This document shows positions 47,543 through 57,537 of a stretch of DNA of 64,000 nucleotides, piece after piece; the stretch's first letter is position 1, and each line of letters starts with the position of its first letter. The DNA lies in NCBI GenBank assembly GCA_031400935.1, contig JANNQV010000017.1, positions 1-64,000 of the forward strand, in the 5' to 3' direction. The stretch comes from Armatimonadota bacterium (lineage in GTDB: Bacteria; Armatimonadota; Fimbriimonadia; Fimbriimonadales; Fimbriimonadaceae). The notes beneath the pieces are model-generated. The model was not told where the DNA came from. It searched no databases and saw only the letters and a list, made by a program, of their open reading frames with translations. Position numbers and translations under genes: made by a program.

Positions 47543-48420
47543 GGTTTGATCCTCAATGATAGAGCAGCATCAAAAACTCTGCCTTCTTTGAAGCGTATGA
47601 ACGGTTCTAAATATAGGCCGTCCTTAACTGCGAATTGTCCTTTCAAGCGAAGGAGTGTCGAAACTGATTTCCACTCATGCGTGAGAGCGATCGTTGCAAA
47701 TTGGTCGGGTTTTGGCATCCAAGTAAGCGAAACATCTGTGACATCGAGCAGCTCGTCTTGAGATGTCTCACCTCTTCGAAATGAAACATGATCAAGGGAA
47801 ACGCTAACGTTCGGTGCAATTGCAATTCGTCCGTCAATTCCAAAAGTGCGCTCATATCCGCGGCCCCTTCCGGGCGAATCCTCTGGCCGCCGAATAACAG
47901 TAAGGGCAGTCGCGTTTATTGCCAAATTGTGCCCTTCCATTATGGTGAAACCAACTTTGTCTCCGATTCTCGCCATGAAGCCTCGTTGACGTCCTTCTCC
48001 AGCATCCGCATACGCGAGAACAAACGGATAGGCTCGGTCGCCGACTGTCAGTCGAATCGTTCCGGCGTAAACAGATTCCCTCAAAACAATGGACCGGCCA
48101 AACTGCAAATACTGCTTCCCTACTTTCCAATAGCCTTTATCCTCAATGTAGTATTCGTCAAATGAATCAGGGTCAGCATCGTTCGGAATGCGTTGAAATT
48201 TCTGCGAAACAACGACGTTGAAGCCCGGTTCAAGCGTGAAATCAAGTGCAACAGTCGAGTAGCGGCCCATCGGGTCGTATCCCTTCATGCCGCTGTCTGA
48301 AGAAGGCTGAAACCGATATTGAAGAGTAGCATCTAGCCGGATCAACACGTCGGGGCTTTGAGCAAAAGACCGTGATCCGAGTATTACAAGTCCGAAAGCA
48401 GCTAGTCCGCAGTTGCGCAT
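47539..48420 (-). CDS. Hypothetical exported beta-strand-rich protein (possible outer-membrane barrel)
   Basis: Signal peptide; alternating amphipathic strands; overlaps the 3' end of hisS. Confidence 0.7.
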   Translation of the reverse strand: MRNCGLAAFGLVILGSRSFAQSPDVLIRLDATLQYRFQPSSDSGMKGYDPMGRYSTVALDFTLEPGFNVVVSQKFQRIPNDADPDSFDEYYIEDKGYWKVGKQYLQFGRSIVLRESVYAGTIRLTVGDRAYPFVLAYADAGEGRQRGFMARIGDKVGFTIMEGHNLAINATALTVIRRPEDSPGRGRGYERTFGIDGRIAIAPNVSVSLDHVSFRRGETSQDELLDVTDVSLTWMPKPDQFATIALTHEWKSVSTLLRLKGQFAVKDGLYLEPFIRFKEGRVFDAALSLRIKP

Positions 48421-49658
48421 AGAAACTCAATTGCCTCCTGTGTTGGAAGCGTTTGTTGGGAAGAAGTCCTGAGGTCTCGAATCGTTAGCGAATCTGAATT
48501 CACTTCGTCTTCGCCGATTATACAAGCGAATCGAGAATTGTGACGATCTGCTTGCTTCAGCTGGCTCTTCATGCTCCTGCCATCGTAATCCATTACAACC
48601 GAAATTTCTCTGCTTCGAAGCTGATCCGATACGTTTCTACCCAAATCTAGCAATCCGGGTTCAGCGATAACAATGTAAACATCTAACCCGCTGCGTTGCC
48701 AAGAAATCCCAGCCGCTTCTAGCGTCAGCAAGGCTCGTTCGATGCCGATTCCGAAGCCAACGCTTGGTAAATTGGGGCCGCCAAGTTCCTTGATTAGATT
48801 GTCGTACCTCCCGCCTCCGCCGATAGCACTCTGGGCACCAATCGTGTCCACTTGCAGTTCAAAAACGGTTTCCGTATAGTAATCAAGACCCCGAACTATT
48901 TGCGGAGCCACTTCGTATTGAATACGCGATTGATCAAGAATCCGCTGCAATTCCTCAAAATTTGTCTTGGACTCTGGCTCCAGAAAATCCAGAATGCTCG
49001 GTGCGCTTTTCATAAGTTCAACTGCTTCCGAATCTTTGGAATCAAGGAGCCGAAGCGGATTCTTGCGAATTCTGTCCTGAGACTCTTCGGCCTGTCCGTC
49101 AACATACGACTTTGCATAAGCAAGCAATGCCGCCTGATACAATTCACGGCATTGTGTGCGGCCGATCGAGTTGATGAGCACCGAAAACTCAGTTAGCCCC
49201 AATGTTTCATAGAATCGAACAGCAATTTCAATCACTTCGGCATCGGCTGCAGGCGACGAACTGCCAATCAGTTCAATCCCAACTTGGTGGTGCTCGCGCA
49301 GTCGCCCCTTTTGGGGCCGTTCATACCGAAAAACTGGCGTAATGTAAGAGATTCTTTGCGGAATCTGCTGAAGCAGATTGTGCTCGATCATCGCGCGCAT
49401 GGCTGGCGCGGTGCCTTCTGCTTTTAGCGTGTTGCTTCGCCCTCCTTTATCGAGAAAATCGTACATTTGCTTTGTGACGATGTCGCTGGTTTCTCCTGCG
49501 CTCCGGAGAAACAGCTCTGTTTCCTCAAAGGTCGGTGTTCGAATTTCTTCGTAGCCGTATTTGGCGACATGGCTCCGAAATGTGGATTCAAGTCGTTGCC
49601 AAGCATGGGACGCTTCTGGCAAAACATCTTCGGTGCCTCTGGGTGCTTGAAATCGCAT
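48402..49658 (-). CDS. hisS: Histidine-tRNA ligase
   Basis: PRGTED, FRYERPQKGR.REHHQ, RGLDYYT, GGGRYD. Confidence 0.98.
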   Translation of the reverse strand: MRFQAPRGTEDVLPEASHAWQRLESTFRSHVAKYGYEEIRTPTFEETELFLRSAGETSDIVTKQMYDFLDKGGRSNTLKAEGTAPAMRAMIEHNLLQQIPQRISYITPVFRYERPQKGRLREHHQVGIELIGSSSPAADAEVIEIAVRFYETLGLTEFSVLINSIGRTQCRELYQAALLAYAKSYVDGQAEESQDRIRKNPLRLLDSKDSEAVELMKSAPSILDFLEPESKTNFEELQRILDQSRIQYEVAPQIVRGLDYYTETVFELQVDTIGAQSAIGGGGRYDNLIKELGGPNLPSVGFGIGIERALLTLEAAGISWQRSGLDVYIVIAEPGLLDLGRNVSDQLRSREISVVMDYDGRSMKSQLKQADRHNSRFACIIGEDEVNSDSLTIRDLRTSSQQTLPTQEAIEFLCATAD

Positions 49659-49682
49659 AGGGATTATTGTGACTCAAAGCAG

Positions 49683-49712
49683 GATAGCCCCGAAGTATCC
49701 TTCGGGGCTATC
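49683..49712. terminator. Hairpin downstream of the beta-propeller gene
   Basis: GATAGCCCCGAAG-TATC-CTTCGGGGCTATC, a 13-bp stem. Confidence 0.7.
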
Positions 49713-49735
49713 ACGGTGCTTCAGTTTGCCTTAAT

Positions 49736-51565
49736 CTACTGGATTTCCCAAACCCAGCGATCAATCGCGACCGTCCATCCATCTATGTCAGAAACGTCCT
49801 GGTTCGTCACAGTGAAGTGACGTGTTCGAATCGCACTTGCAGGGCCGACAAAGTTGGCCAGAGTGCCAGTTATGTTGCCAATGAAGGCTACATCTGCGAT
49901 TGTCGAAACGCGTACGTCAAATGACACATACGTATTCGTGGTGTAGTTCCAAGCTTGACTAAAACAAGTAAGGTCGTTTCTCGAGCTTTTGAACTCGCAA
50001 TGCACCTTGATTGAAGTCGGAGCCGCTATTGGCGATGTTGAGTCGAACTGAACACGCGAAGTCGCATCGAATTCATCGAGTAGAACGAAAATTGGGTCAT
50101 TGTCGCTATTGAACAAACTTGCCAAACTGCCACCAAAATCCAGTCCTGAGACAATTGTGTAGGAAGCAGGATTAATGATTGCCGCGTAGTTATAGCGATT
50201 AACTAATCCGTTCTGATCTGTAAAATTCGCATAAGTTCCACCTGTGAGGTAAACGCTTGAGCCGTCAACCGTCATGTCAAGCCATTGATCCCAGTCATTG
50301 CCTAAGCCGTTATAGGTAACTACGGAATCTTGAGCCAAAGTTGCTGAAGCATATTCGGTCAATACGCCGTCGCAATTTGCTGGTACAGGTGAACCGTCCA
50401 AGAAAGAATATCCTGCACAAACAATTCTGCCGCTTGCGAGTATTCCGACTGAAGAATAGAAATCGCCAAATCCGCCGTCACGAGTGTTGCTTACTAAGAG
50501 AGTTCCAGTTGGGCCAAGTTTCCGAACGTACTGGTTAGCATTAGCATCTAATGTACCGCCAACTGTGGTTTCACCTACAAAGATCGCATTGCTGGTTCCA
50601 TCTACTACGATGTCTCGTGCTGTCGTGATTCCGGTGGCATTGCCATCGTAAATTGTGGTGTATGCAACAGTTCCTGTCGTTCCATATCTTCGAACCCAAG
50701 CCTCTTGCCGAAAACCGGGCGTGTCTTCCTTAAATGTGATACCAGTTACGAAAGCGTCTCCTGTCGAATTGAGCGAGAGAGCGACCGCCTCAGTATCGTT
50801 AAATGTAGAACCTGTAGGAGCGTACGTGTCATTGAACACGATGACATTGGCGGGTGTAACTCGGCAGACAATCGCGTCTGCATTTGTGTTGGAAATCAGC
50901 CCACAAGCTACAGCGTCACCGTTTGAAGCAACGGCAATGTCTCCTAGTGCATCATATTCCAAACCTGAGCCAGCGAAAACACGCTGCCACACAAAAGCTC
51001 CCGCGGCGCTAACTTTGTATATGGCCGCATCGTATGGCACAGCACCCGTAGCACCGGCTTCGCCAGCAATGTAGCACTCGCTTAGAGCGTTGACAGCGAT
51101 CTTGTAAGAATACTCATCTACATTGTTCGCGCCTGGCACATAAGTAGTAGCAAACGCAACTACGTTCGCGGTTGTGACTTTCAATACGAGAACGTCTGTG
51201 TTTGTGCTCGTATTGTCAAGGGATGAATATCCGCAGACATACACGTTGCCAGCAGAATCAACTTTTGCATCGAATGCCACATCGTCGAAACCGTTGCGAT
51301 CGTACATTCTGGTCCACTGAACTACGCCAGCGCTGTTGTACTTTACAATCGCAATGTCTGCAAAGTCGTTGGGCGAGGCACCGTTTAGAACTGTGCCGAC
51401 AGCATACGCATTGCCTGCAGCATCCGTTCCAGCAGAGGTGAAAAAGTCACCACCGTCAGCCGTTGAACCTGCTTGCGTGTTTGTCCACACTAAAGTCGGT
51501 GCTGCAACTGCTATATTGCAAGCCAAAACCGCACCTATTGCCAAAATCGAAAAACCCTTACTCAT
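49736..51565 (-). CDS. Secreted beta-propeller (SBBP-like repeat) protein with a C-terminal beta-rich domain
   Basis: Signal peptide from MSKGFSIL; repeats D..GN.YV.G...D..IVKY...G...W. Confidence 0.85.
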   Translation of the reverse strand: MSKGFSILAIGAVLACNIAVAAPTLVWTNTQAGSTADGGDFFTSAGTDAAGNAYAVGTVLNGASPNDFADIAIVKYNSAGVVQWTRMYDRNGFDDVAFDAKVDSAGNVYVCGYSSLDNTSTNTDVLVLKVTTANVVAFATTYVPGANNVDEYSYKIAVNALSECYIAGEAGATGAVPYDAAIYKVSAAGAFVWQRVFAGSGLEYDALGDIAVASNGDAVACGLISNTNADAIVCRVTPANVIVFNDTYAPTGSTFNDTEAVALSLNSTGDAFVTGITFKEDTPGFRQEAWVRRYGTTGTVAYTTIYDGNATGITTARDIVVDGTSNAIFVGETTVGGTLDANANQYVRKLGPTGTLLVSNTRDGGFGDFYSSVGILASGRIVCAGYSFLDGSPVPANCDGVLTEYASATLAQDSVVTYNGLGNDWDQWLDMTVDGSSVYLTGGTYANFTDQNGLVNRYNYAAIINPASYTIVSGLDFGGSLASLFNSDNDPIFVLLDEFDATSRVQFDSTSPIAAPTSIKVHCEFKSSRNDLTCFSQAWNYTTNTYVSFDVRVSTIADVAFIGNITGTLANFVGPASAIRTRHFTVTNQDVSDIDGWTVAIDRWVWEIQ

Positions 51566-51730
51566 TCTTTTGCTGCTCCTTGATCCCGTTCGACCCATAA
51601 AACGGGAAAGATTAGATATTATTGTAGCAGTCCAAACCAAAATTGCAATGCAATAAATTACCAGGATTGCTTTTTTTTAAAGAGAGTGCAGATTCGAGAG
51701 ATGATACAAGAATTTGCGATCAAAGGCGTC

Positions 51731-52372
51731 TTAGTCCAAGTTTCCGTTTAGAGAAGATGCCAAAAGGCGATCAAAGGCGGAATCTGGCATAGGTCGCACC
51801 GTATTCAGAGTCTTGGCAACCATCAAAATTTGAGCCACTCGTTCTAATGTTTCCATCCTATGGTATGCGTCGAACAAGTTCTTCCCAATCGTTGCAGCCC
51901 CATGGTGGGACAACAAAAACACCTTGTGGTCTTCTAAAAACGGTTCTAGAGCAGTTGGAACTTCATGGGTACCTGGGAATGCAAAAGGAACCGTGGCAAC
52001 ACTCCCCAACACAATTGCCGCCTCCGGAAGTACGTTGTCCGGTATGTCTTCCCCAGCTACTGTAAATCCGGTTGCAATCGGAGGATGGGCATGGATAACG
52101 GCTTTACAGTCTTTTCGTGCTCGGTACATTGCCATGTGCAGCTTGATTTCAGAACTTGGCTTTCCAGAATTTCCAACTGGAGCGCCGTTTGAATCTACAA
52201 TAACTATGTCATCCGGCTTGAGATGCCCTTTGCTCATCCCAGAGGGAGTGCAAAGAAACTGACGGGGACTAAGCCTGCACGAAATGTTGCCTTCGGTCGC
52301 ACCAATCAGGCCCCGTTGCCACAATCGCCTGCCTACTTCACAAATCGTAGCTCTTAACTGTAGTTCAGTCAT
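51731..52372 (-). CDS. Class II aldolase/adducin family protein
   Basis: EGNIS.R, TPSG, PSSE..LH...Y, VIHAHP, LL.HHG. Confidence 0.92.
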   Translation of the reverse strand: MTELQLRATICEVGRRLWQRGLIGATEGNISCRLSPRQFLCTPSGMSKGHLKPDDIVIVDSNGAPVGNSGKPSSEIKLHMAMYRARKDCKAVIHAHPPIATGFTVAGEDIPDNVLPEAAIVLGSVATVPFAFPGTHEVPTALEPFLEDHKVFLLSHHGAATIGKNLFDAYHRMETLERVAQILMVAKTLNTVRPMPDSAFDRLLASSLNGNLD

Positions 52373-52413
52373 CGCGACCGATTATGCCATTAAATCAGAG
52401 CAAAATTTGGGAA

Positions 52414-54867
52414 TTACAGTTTTGCTTTTGGAGCGAGTTCGAGCGCAAATCGCAAAACATCGCTTGCATTCTTCAGGAATTGAGCTTTTAATTGGCTACG
52501 AATCTCCTCAGGCACATCTTCCAAATAATCCTTGCGATTTTCTTCTGGAAGCAAAACTGTCGTCACTCCCGCGCGAACGGCAGCCAGGACTTTTTCCTTC
52601 ACTCCGCCAATCGGCAAGACTTGGCCGGTGAGTGTCAATTCTCCCGTCATTGCAAGTCTAGAAATTACCTTGCGCCCCGTAAGCAGGGAAGTTAATGCCG
52701 CAAGCATCGTTACGCCCGCGCTGGGACCATCTTTTGGAACCGCTCCAGCTGGCACATGGATATGAAATTCATTCTTTTCAAATACTTCAGATGCAATTTT
52801 AAGTTCCATTGCATGACTTCGTACGTAACTCATTGCCGCTGTCACCGACTCCTTCATCACGTCGCCAAGCTGACCCGTGACGATGAGTCCCTTTGTGCCT
52901 GGCATCATGGTTGATTCGATGAATAATATATCTCCGCCAACCGGAGTCCAAGCAAGCCCTACGGCAACACCGGGCACTAATTCCCTTTCCAAAACTTCTT
53001 CAAATTGGAATCTTGGAACGCCAAGCCCCTTTTCAACAAATTTCTTGGTTACTTCAACCTTGGCTTTGCGGCCTTCGGCAAACAATCGAGTGGCTTTCCT
53101 TGTAACAGAAGCTATTTCCCTTTCCAAATTTCGGACTCCAGCTTCGCGGGTGTAATTTGAAATCAGATATTGCAGGGAATCGTCTCGAAATTCGATCTGG
53201 CTTGTCCTAAGTCCATGCTCCTCGATTTGCTTGGGAAGCAAATGCCGCTTGGCAATCTCAAGTTTTTCATGTTCGGTATAGCCACCAAGCTCAATAATTT
53301 CCATTCGATCTCTTAACGGTGCCGGAATTGTGTCGAGCCGATTTGCAGTTGTGATGAAGAAAACATTGCTCAAATCGAATGGCGAATCAATGTAATGGTC
53401 TCGAAACGTGCTGTTTTGCTCAGGATCGAGCACTTCAAGCAGCGCTGAGCTTGGATCACCCCTGAAGTCGCTTCCCAGCTTGTCAATTTCGTCGAGAACG
53501 AATACTGGGTTGCTCGTCTCAGCCCGCCGAAGCCCTTGTATGATTTGGCCGGGCAAAGCGCCAATGTAAGTTCTTCTATGGCCGCGAATTTCTGCTTCGT
53601 CACGCATTCCTCCAAGAGAAATTCTCACAAATTTCCTACCCATTGCGTGCGCGATTGACCTGCCTAGCGAAGTTTTTCCAACTCCCGGGGGCCCAGTAAA
53701 GCACAAGATCGGCTGGCGAATCTTCCCATCCTTCTTTACCTTTCGTACGGCGAGAAACTCCAGGATTCTCTCCTTCACCTTGTCTAGGCCGTAATGATCC
53801 GCATCCAATGTTTCTTTTACAGTTGGCAAATCCAAAATATCTTCCGTTGAATTTTGCCACGGCAAGATAACCATCCAATCAATGTAGGTTCTAGCTACGG
53901 TATATTCCGGTGCTCCGGGCGACATTCTTCTGAGCCGGTCAAACTCCCGATTGACTTCCTTTAAGGCTTCAGCAGACATGTTTGCCTTGTCAATTCGCTC
54001 CCTCAGCTCGTCTAGCTCTTCCCCTCTTTCATCGGTCTCGCCAAGTTCACGTTGGATCGCCTTCAATTGTTCGCGAAGATAGTAATCTCGCTGCGACTTG
54101 CTGAGTTCTGAATTGACTTCGCTTTGAACTTTTGAAGTGAGCTCGAGCACTCGCACTTCCTTGCTCAGCATTTCCAAGAGAAGTTTCAAGCGTTCATGCA
54201 CATTGAGTGTTGTCAGAATTTGCTGCTTGTCTTCTACGCTAAGAGTCATGTGGGCGGCAACTAGATCAGCCATGACATTTGCTTCTTGGACAGCCTGCGT
54301 AAGCGTACGAAGCTCATCGGGAAGTTGGGGAGAAAGCCGGACAGCTTGTTCAAAGAGTGCTGCAATTGACCTTCTGAGCGCTTCGACTTCTTCGCTTTGC
54401 TCTGGAGTTGGCATTTCGTCTTCAAGCAACTCGATTTTCGCCCGTAAATACGGCTGTTCTTGAAGTCTTTCGACAATTCGAAACCGGTGAACACCTTGTA
54501 CGATCAACCTCACGGCATCCGGCATCTTTACTAAAGTTCGAATGATCACCGCGCAACCGACATCAAATACATCGTCAAACGTTGGAGCGTCGGTTTGGGG
54601 TTTTCGCTGAGTGATCGCTCCGATGATTCGATTGTTGCCCACGATGGATTCGTCAATAAGCTGGACGCTGTTTTCCCTTGCCACGGAAAGTGGGGCGATC
54701 AGCATCGGGTAAATGATCGAATCTCGAAGCGGCAAAATGTTTAGCTCAGATGGAATTTCCGGCTTTTCGTCGTCAAGCAGCACCCCGTCCCCGGTCGGCC
54801 CCAACAATTCAGCCGCAAGAAGTTCGGGAATTACGCTTTCATCAAAATCTGGATCAAATTCGGTCAT
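52414..54867 (-). CDS. lon: ATP-dependent protease La
   Basis: LON N-domain, GPPGVGKTS, LDEIDK, GLAWT, PKDGPSAG. Confidence 0.98.
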   Translation of the reverse strand: MTEFDPDFDESVIPELLAAELLGPTGDGVLLDDEKPEIPSELNILPLRDSIIYPMLIAPLSVARENSVQLIDESIVGNNRIIGAITQRKPQTDAPTFDDVFDVGCAVIIRTLVKMPDAVRLIVQGVHRFRIVERLQEQPYLRAKIELLEDEMPTPEQSEEVEALRRSIAALFEQAVRLSPQLPDELRTLTQAVQEANVMADLVAAHMTLSVEDKQQILTTLNVHERLKLLLEMLSKEVRVLELTSKVQSEVNSELSKSQRDYYLREQLKAIQRELGETDERGEELDELRERIDKANMSAEALKEVNREFDRLRRMSPGAPEYTVARTYIDWMVILPWQNSTEDILDLPTVKETLDADHYGLDKVKERILEFLAVRKVKKDGKIRQPILCFTGPPGVGKTSLGRSIAHAMGRKFVRISLGGMRDEAEIRGHRRTYIGALPGQIIQGLRRAETSNPVFVLDEIDKLGSDFRGDPSSALLEVLDPEQNSTFRDHYIDSPFDLSNVFFITTANRLDTIPAPLRDRMEIIELGGYTEHEKLEIAKRHLLPKQIEEHGLRTSQIEFRDDSLQYLISNYTREAGVRNLEREIASVTRKATRLFAEGRKAKVEVTKKFVEKGLGVPRFQFEEVLERELVPGVAVGLAWTPVGGDILFIESTMMPGTKGLIVTGQLGDVMKESVTAAMSYVRSHAMELKIASEVFEKNEFHIHVPAGAVPKDGPSAGVTMLAALTSLLTGRKVISRLAMTGELTLTGQVLPIGGVKEKVLAAVRAGVTTVLLPEENRKDYLEDVPEEIRSQLKAQFLKNASDVLRFALELAPKAKL

Positions 54868-54870
54868 TCA

Positions 54871-55317
54871 TTAAGCCTTTGTAACTGTAGTACGTATATG
54901 TTGGACTCGGTGTGCAGATTTTGGAACTAAAACGTACAAAAAACCAGATCGGTACGTTGCTCGGATGCTCCGTGGCTCGACTGGAATGTTCGGAAGCGAA
55001 ATCTCTCTCAAAAACTCTCCAAAATAAATTTCTAACTGATGGCAGCCTTTCTTTTCAGCGCCCGGAAGTTCATCCTCATGCCGAATTCCGCGAATGATCA
55101 AACTATGCTTGTCCGGCACGTAAATAATCTGGATATCTTCTGCCCGAACACCCGCCAATTCAACTCTCATGATGAAATGGTGATCGTCTTCAAAAAGGTC
55201 GGCTTTTGGCTCCCAAAACTGCCTTCTTAAGCGAAAATTCAGATCAACAGTCTGGGTGATGATCAACTCATCCCCAGAAACCTGCCAAAACCAATCCTCA
55301 AGGCTTCGGCGTGACAT
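54871..55317 (-). CDS. Hsp20/alpha-crystallin family protein
   Basis: WEPKADLFE, VELAGV, L.IRG.R, GEF.REI.LP, A.Y..G.L.V.VPK. Confidence 0.9.
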   Translation of the reverse strand: MSRRSLEDWFWQVSGDELIITQTVDLNFRLRRQFWEPKADLFEDDHHFIMRVELAGVRAEDIQIIYVPDKHSLIIRGIRHEDELPGAEKKGCHQLEIYFGEFLREISLPNIPVEPRSIRATYRSGFLYVLVPKSAHRVQHIRTTVTKA

Positions 55318-55452
55318 GGAATACATTCTACACGCTTCTGCCTATCTTTTTTGAAAAAATTTCACCGATAAATTACGTATCAATGAGATACGATCACGTC
55401 TCTAATATAGTGAAGCTGCATGGCGGCGATGCTGTGCTTCAAAGGAGAAACT

Positions 55453-57144
55453 ATGAAAAACTTGCTACTAATGCTCTTAGCTGTTGCGGCCCTTGCGTTG
55501 GCCGGATGTGGTGGAGGCAGCGGAGGTTCCGCATCAAACGCTGATGCTGGATTCTTCGCAACCGACAACCTTTCTGACAATTACGATGGCGTTTGGGTAA
55601 CGATCCGAAAGGTCCAACTTCGCAAAGCTGATGACTCCTTCATCACAATTTTTGACGACGCAATCGGCAAAATTGTCAATTTGCGCTCCCTCAACGATGG
55701 TGCTGAACGATACGCGTTCTTCGGCGAAGACAGCGTTCCACAGGGAACTTATACGGGTCTTCGAGTCGAACTTGATCGCGATGTCGTTTTATTTCCAACA
55801 GGTTCTTCCACTGGTCAAAACCGAGTTTTTGATGATGCATATGGCAACGATAGAGCGCGCCTTGACCTAATTTTTGGCTCAGCAAAAACCGTGGGTCCAA
55901 GTGGCTTGAACTTTGTTTGCGACTTCGACCTTTCCGCTTGGGAAGATGTTGGTGGAGAAATTCGCAACGCAATCATTGATGATTCGCCAGGCAATGGGAT
56001 GAATGATCCTGATCGCCACGAAAATGAAGATTACGACGGCAGAATCAACGAATTAGCTGGAACAGCTCCAAACTTCACATTTGTACTTACAAGCGAATCC
56101 AACAATAAGCTTGAGGTGGAAGCAAACTCGGACACAGTTGTTTTCAACAACAATGGACAACCGAACCCAACCTTAACTAACGGGGCAAGAATTGAAGTAC
56201 GAGGAAAGTTCAACCCTGCTACAGGAAAACTTCTCGCAACTTCCATCAAAATCAAGGGCTCCGGCGACGACGATGAATTCGAAGTCAAAGGGGTTCCCAG
56301 TTTGGCAAACGCCGCGGGCCGAACATTTAAGGTAACGACTAGAGAATGCGAAGGTTTTATCCCTGGCGGAACACTTGTGAACATCGTAGTTACCGATGCA
56401 ACAAGGTTCTTTACTGACAATGGATTGGTTCTAACGGAAGCTCAGTTCTTTGAATTGTTGCCGATTGACAGTGGTGGTTTAGAAGTAGAGGTCGAAGGCG
56501 CAGTCTACAACTTTGAAACAAATACATTGACAGCCAAAAAGTGCAAGATCGAACACGAAGGCGAAAATCAAGAGCATGAAGCCGAAGCACGAGGCGTGCC
56601 AAGCAACTTGCTTCCTGAGCCTGGAACATTTGACATCGCCCTCACAAGCTGGGAAGGCTTCAGTGCAACAGCCGCCCAGATCATTCACATCACGACAAAC
56701 GGTGAGACCGAGTACAAAGATGGCAACAACGAAAAAATCTCCAAAGGAGCATTCTTTGAGTTACTTGCCATTGCTACGACGGTGAAAGTAGAAGGAAGGT
56801 ACGAAAACGGAACCATTGCTGCACATGAACTCACTTTGCGAGTCAATAGTGGCGGTGGAGGCGGCGAAGATCCTCACGAAATCAAAGGCTCGCCTTCCGA
56901 AATTGATCTAGAAACACGTTCTTTCTCAGTTTCTCTCGTAGAGTGGTTTGGGTTCAATGGCCAGACAGGCCAGCAGATCAACGTCGTGATGAACTCCAAT
57001 GCAAACTATAGGGACAACAACGGCGAGACGATGACGAAAGAGCAGTTCTTTGGCAAGCTGAGCGAAGGCTGGCTAGCCGAAGTGGAAGGAGTCGTTTCGG
57101 GCTCGAATATGGCTGGCGTCAAAGCTAAGCTAGACGACCACTAG
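55453..57144 (+). CDS. Lipoprotein with DUF4382-like N-domain and repeated DUF5666-like OB domains
   Basis: Lipobox LAGC + GGGSGG; TD...Y..V.VTI..V, P.GTY...RV, DFDL; repeated VEVEG/EVRG units. Confidence 0.8.
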   Translation: MKNLLLMLLAVAALALAGCGGGSGGSASNADAGFFATDNLSDNYDGVWVTIRKVQLRKADDSFITIFDDAIGKIVNLRSLNDGAERYAFFGEDSVPQGTYTGLRVELDRDVVLFPTGSSTGQNRVFDDAYGNDRARLDLIFGSAKTVGPSGLNFVCDFDLSAWEDVGGEIRNAIIDDSPGNGMNDPDRHENEDYDGRINELAGTAPNFTFVLTSESNNKLEVEANSDTVVFNNNGQPNPTLTNGARIEVRGKFNPATGKLLATSIKIKGSGDDDEFEVKGVPSLANAAGRTFKVTTRECEGFIPGGTLVNIVVTDATRFFTDNGLVLTEAQFFELLPIDSGGLEVEVEGAVYNFETNTLTAKKCKIEHEGENQEHEAEARGVPSNLLPEPGTFDIALTSWEGFSATAAQIIHITTNGETEYKDGNNEKISKGAFFELLAIATTVKVEGRYENGTIAAHELTLRVNSGGGGGEDPHEIKGSPSEIDLETRSFSVSLVEWFGFNGQTGQQINVVMNSNANYRDNNGETMTKEQFFGKLSEGWLAEVEGVVSGSNMAGVKAKLDDH

Positions 57145-57162
57145 GTTCACATTCCTAATCCA

Positions 57163-57192
57163 TTGCGTCAATCCCTATTGGGATTGACGCAA
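57163..57192. terminator. Perfect hairpin after the lipoprotein gene
   Basis: TTGCGTCAATCCC-TATT-GGGATTGACGCAA, followed shortly by TTTTT. Confidence 0.65.
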
Positions 57193-57537
57193 TCCATTTT
57201 TGGTTGACATAGAATAGATAAATGAAATTCCAAGTGATTTTTTCGTACGAGGATGAATACGCTGGCTATGTAGCTGAAGTGGAGCGCGGAGCCACAAATG
57301 AGCAACACTTCCAGTTACATGGGAATTAGCTCCGCATTCAGGTCCGCGGAGCCACAATTAAGTTAGATTGCTAACCACACTAACGTAAGCTCCGCGATTG
57401 AAACGCGAGCATCCGATTAGTTGGGAGAGTAATAGCAGCTTTCTGAATTTTGATCATTGGTCGTTTGTTGACCCAATACCTAGCCTGTTTCGATATGCAG
57501 AAATTTAGGTTCAAATGGTATAGTTCAGAGCTAAGTT

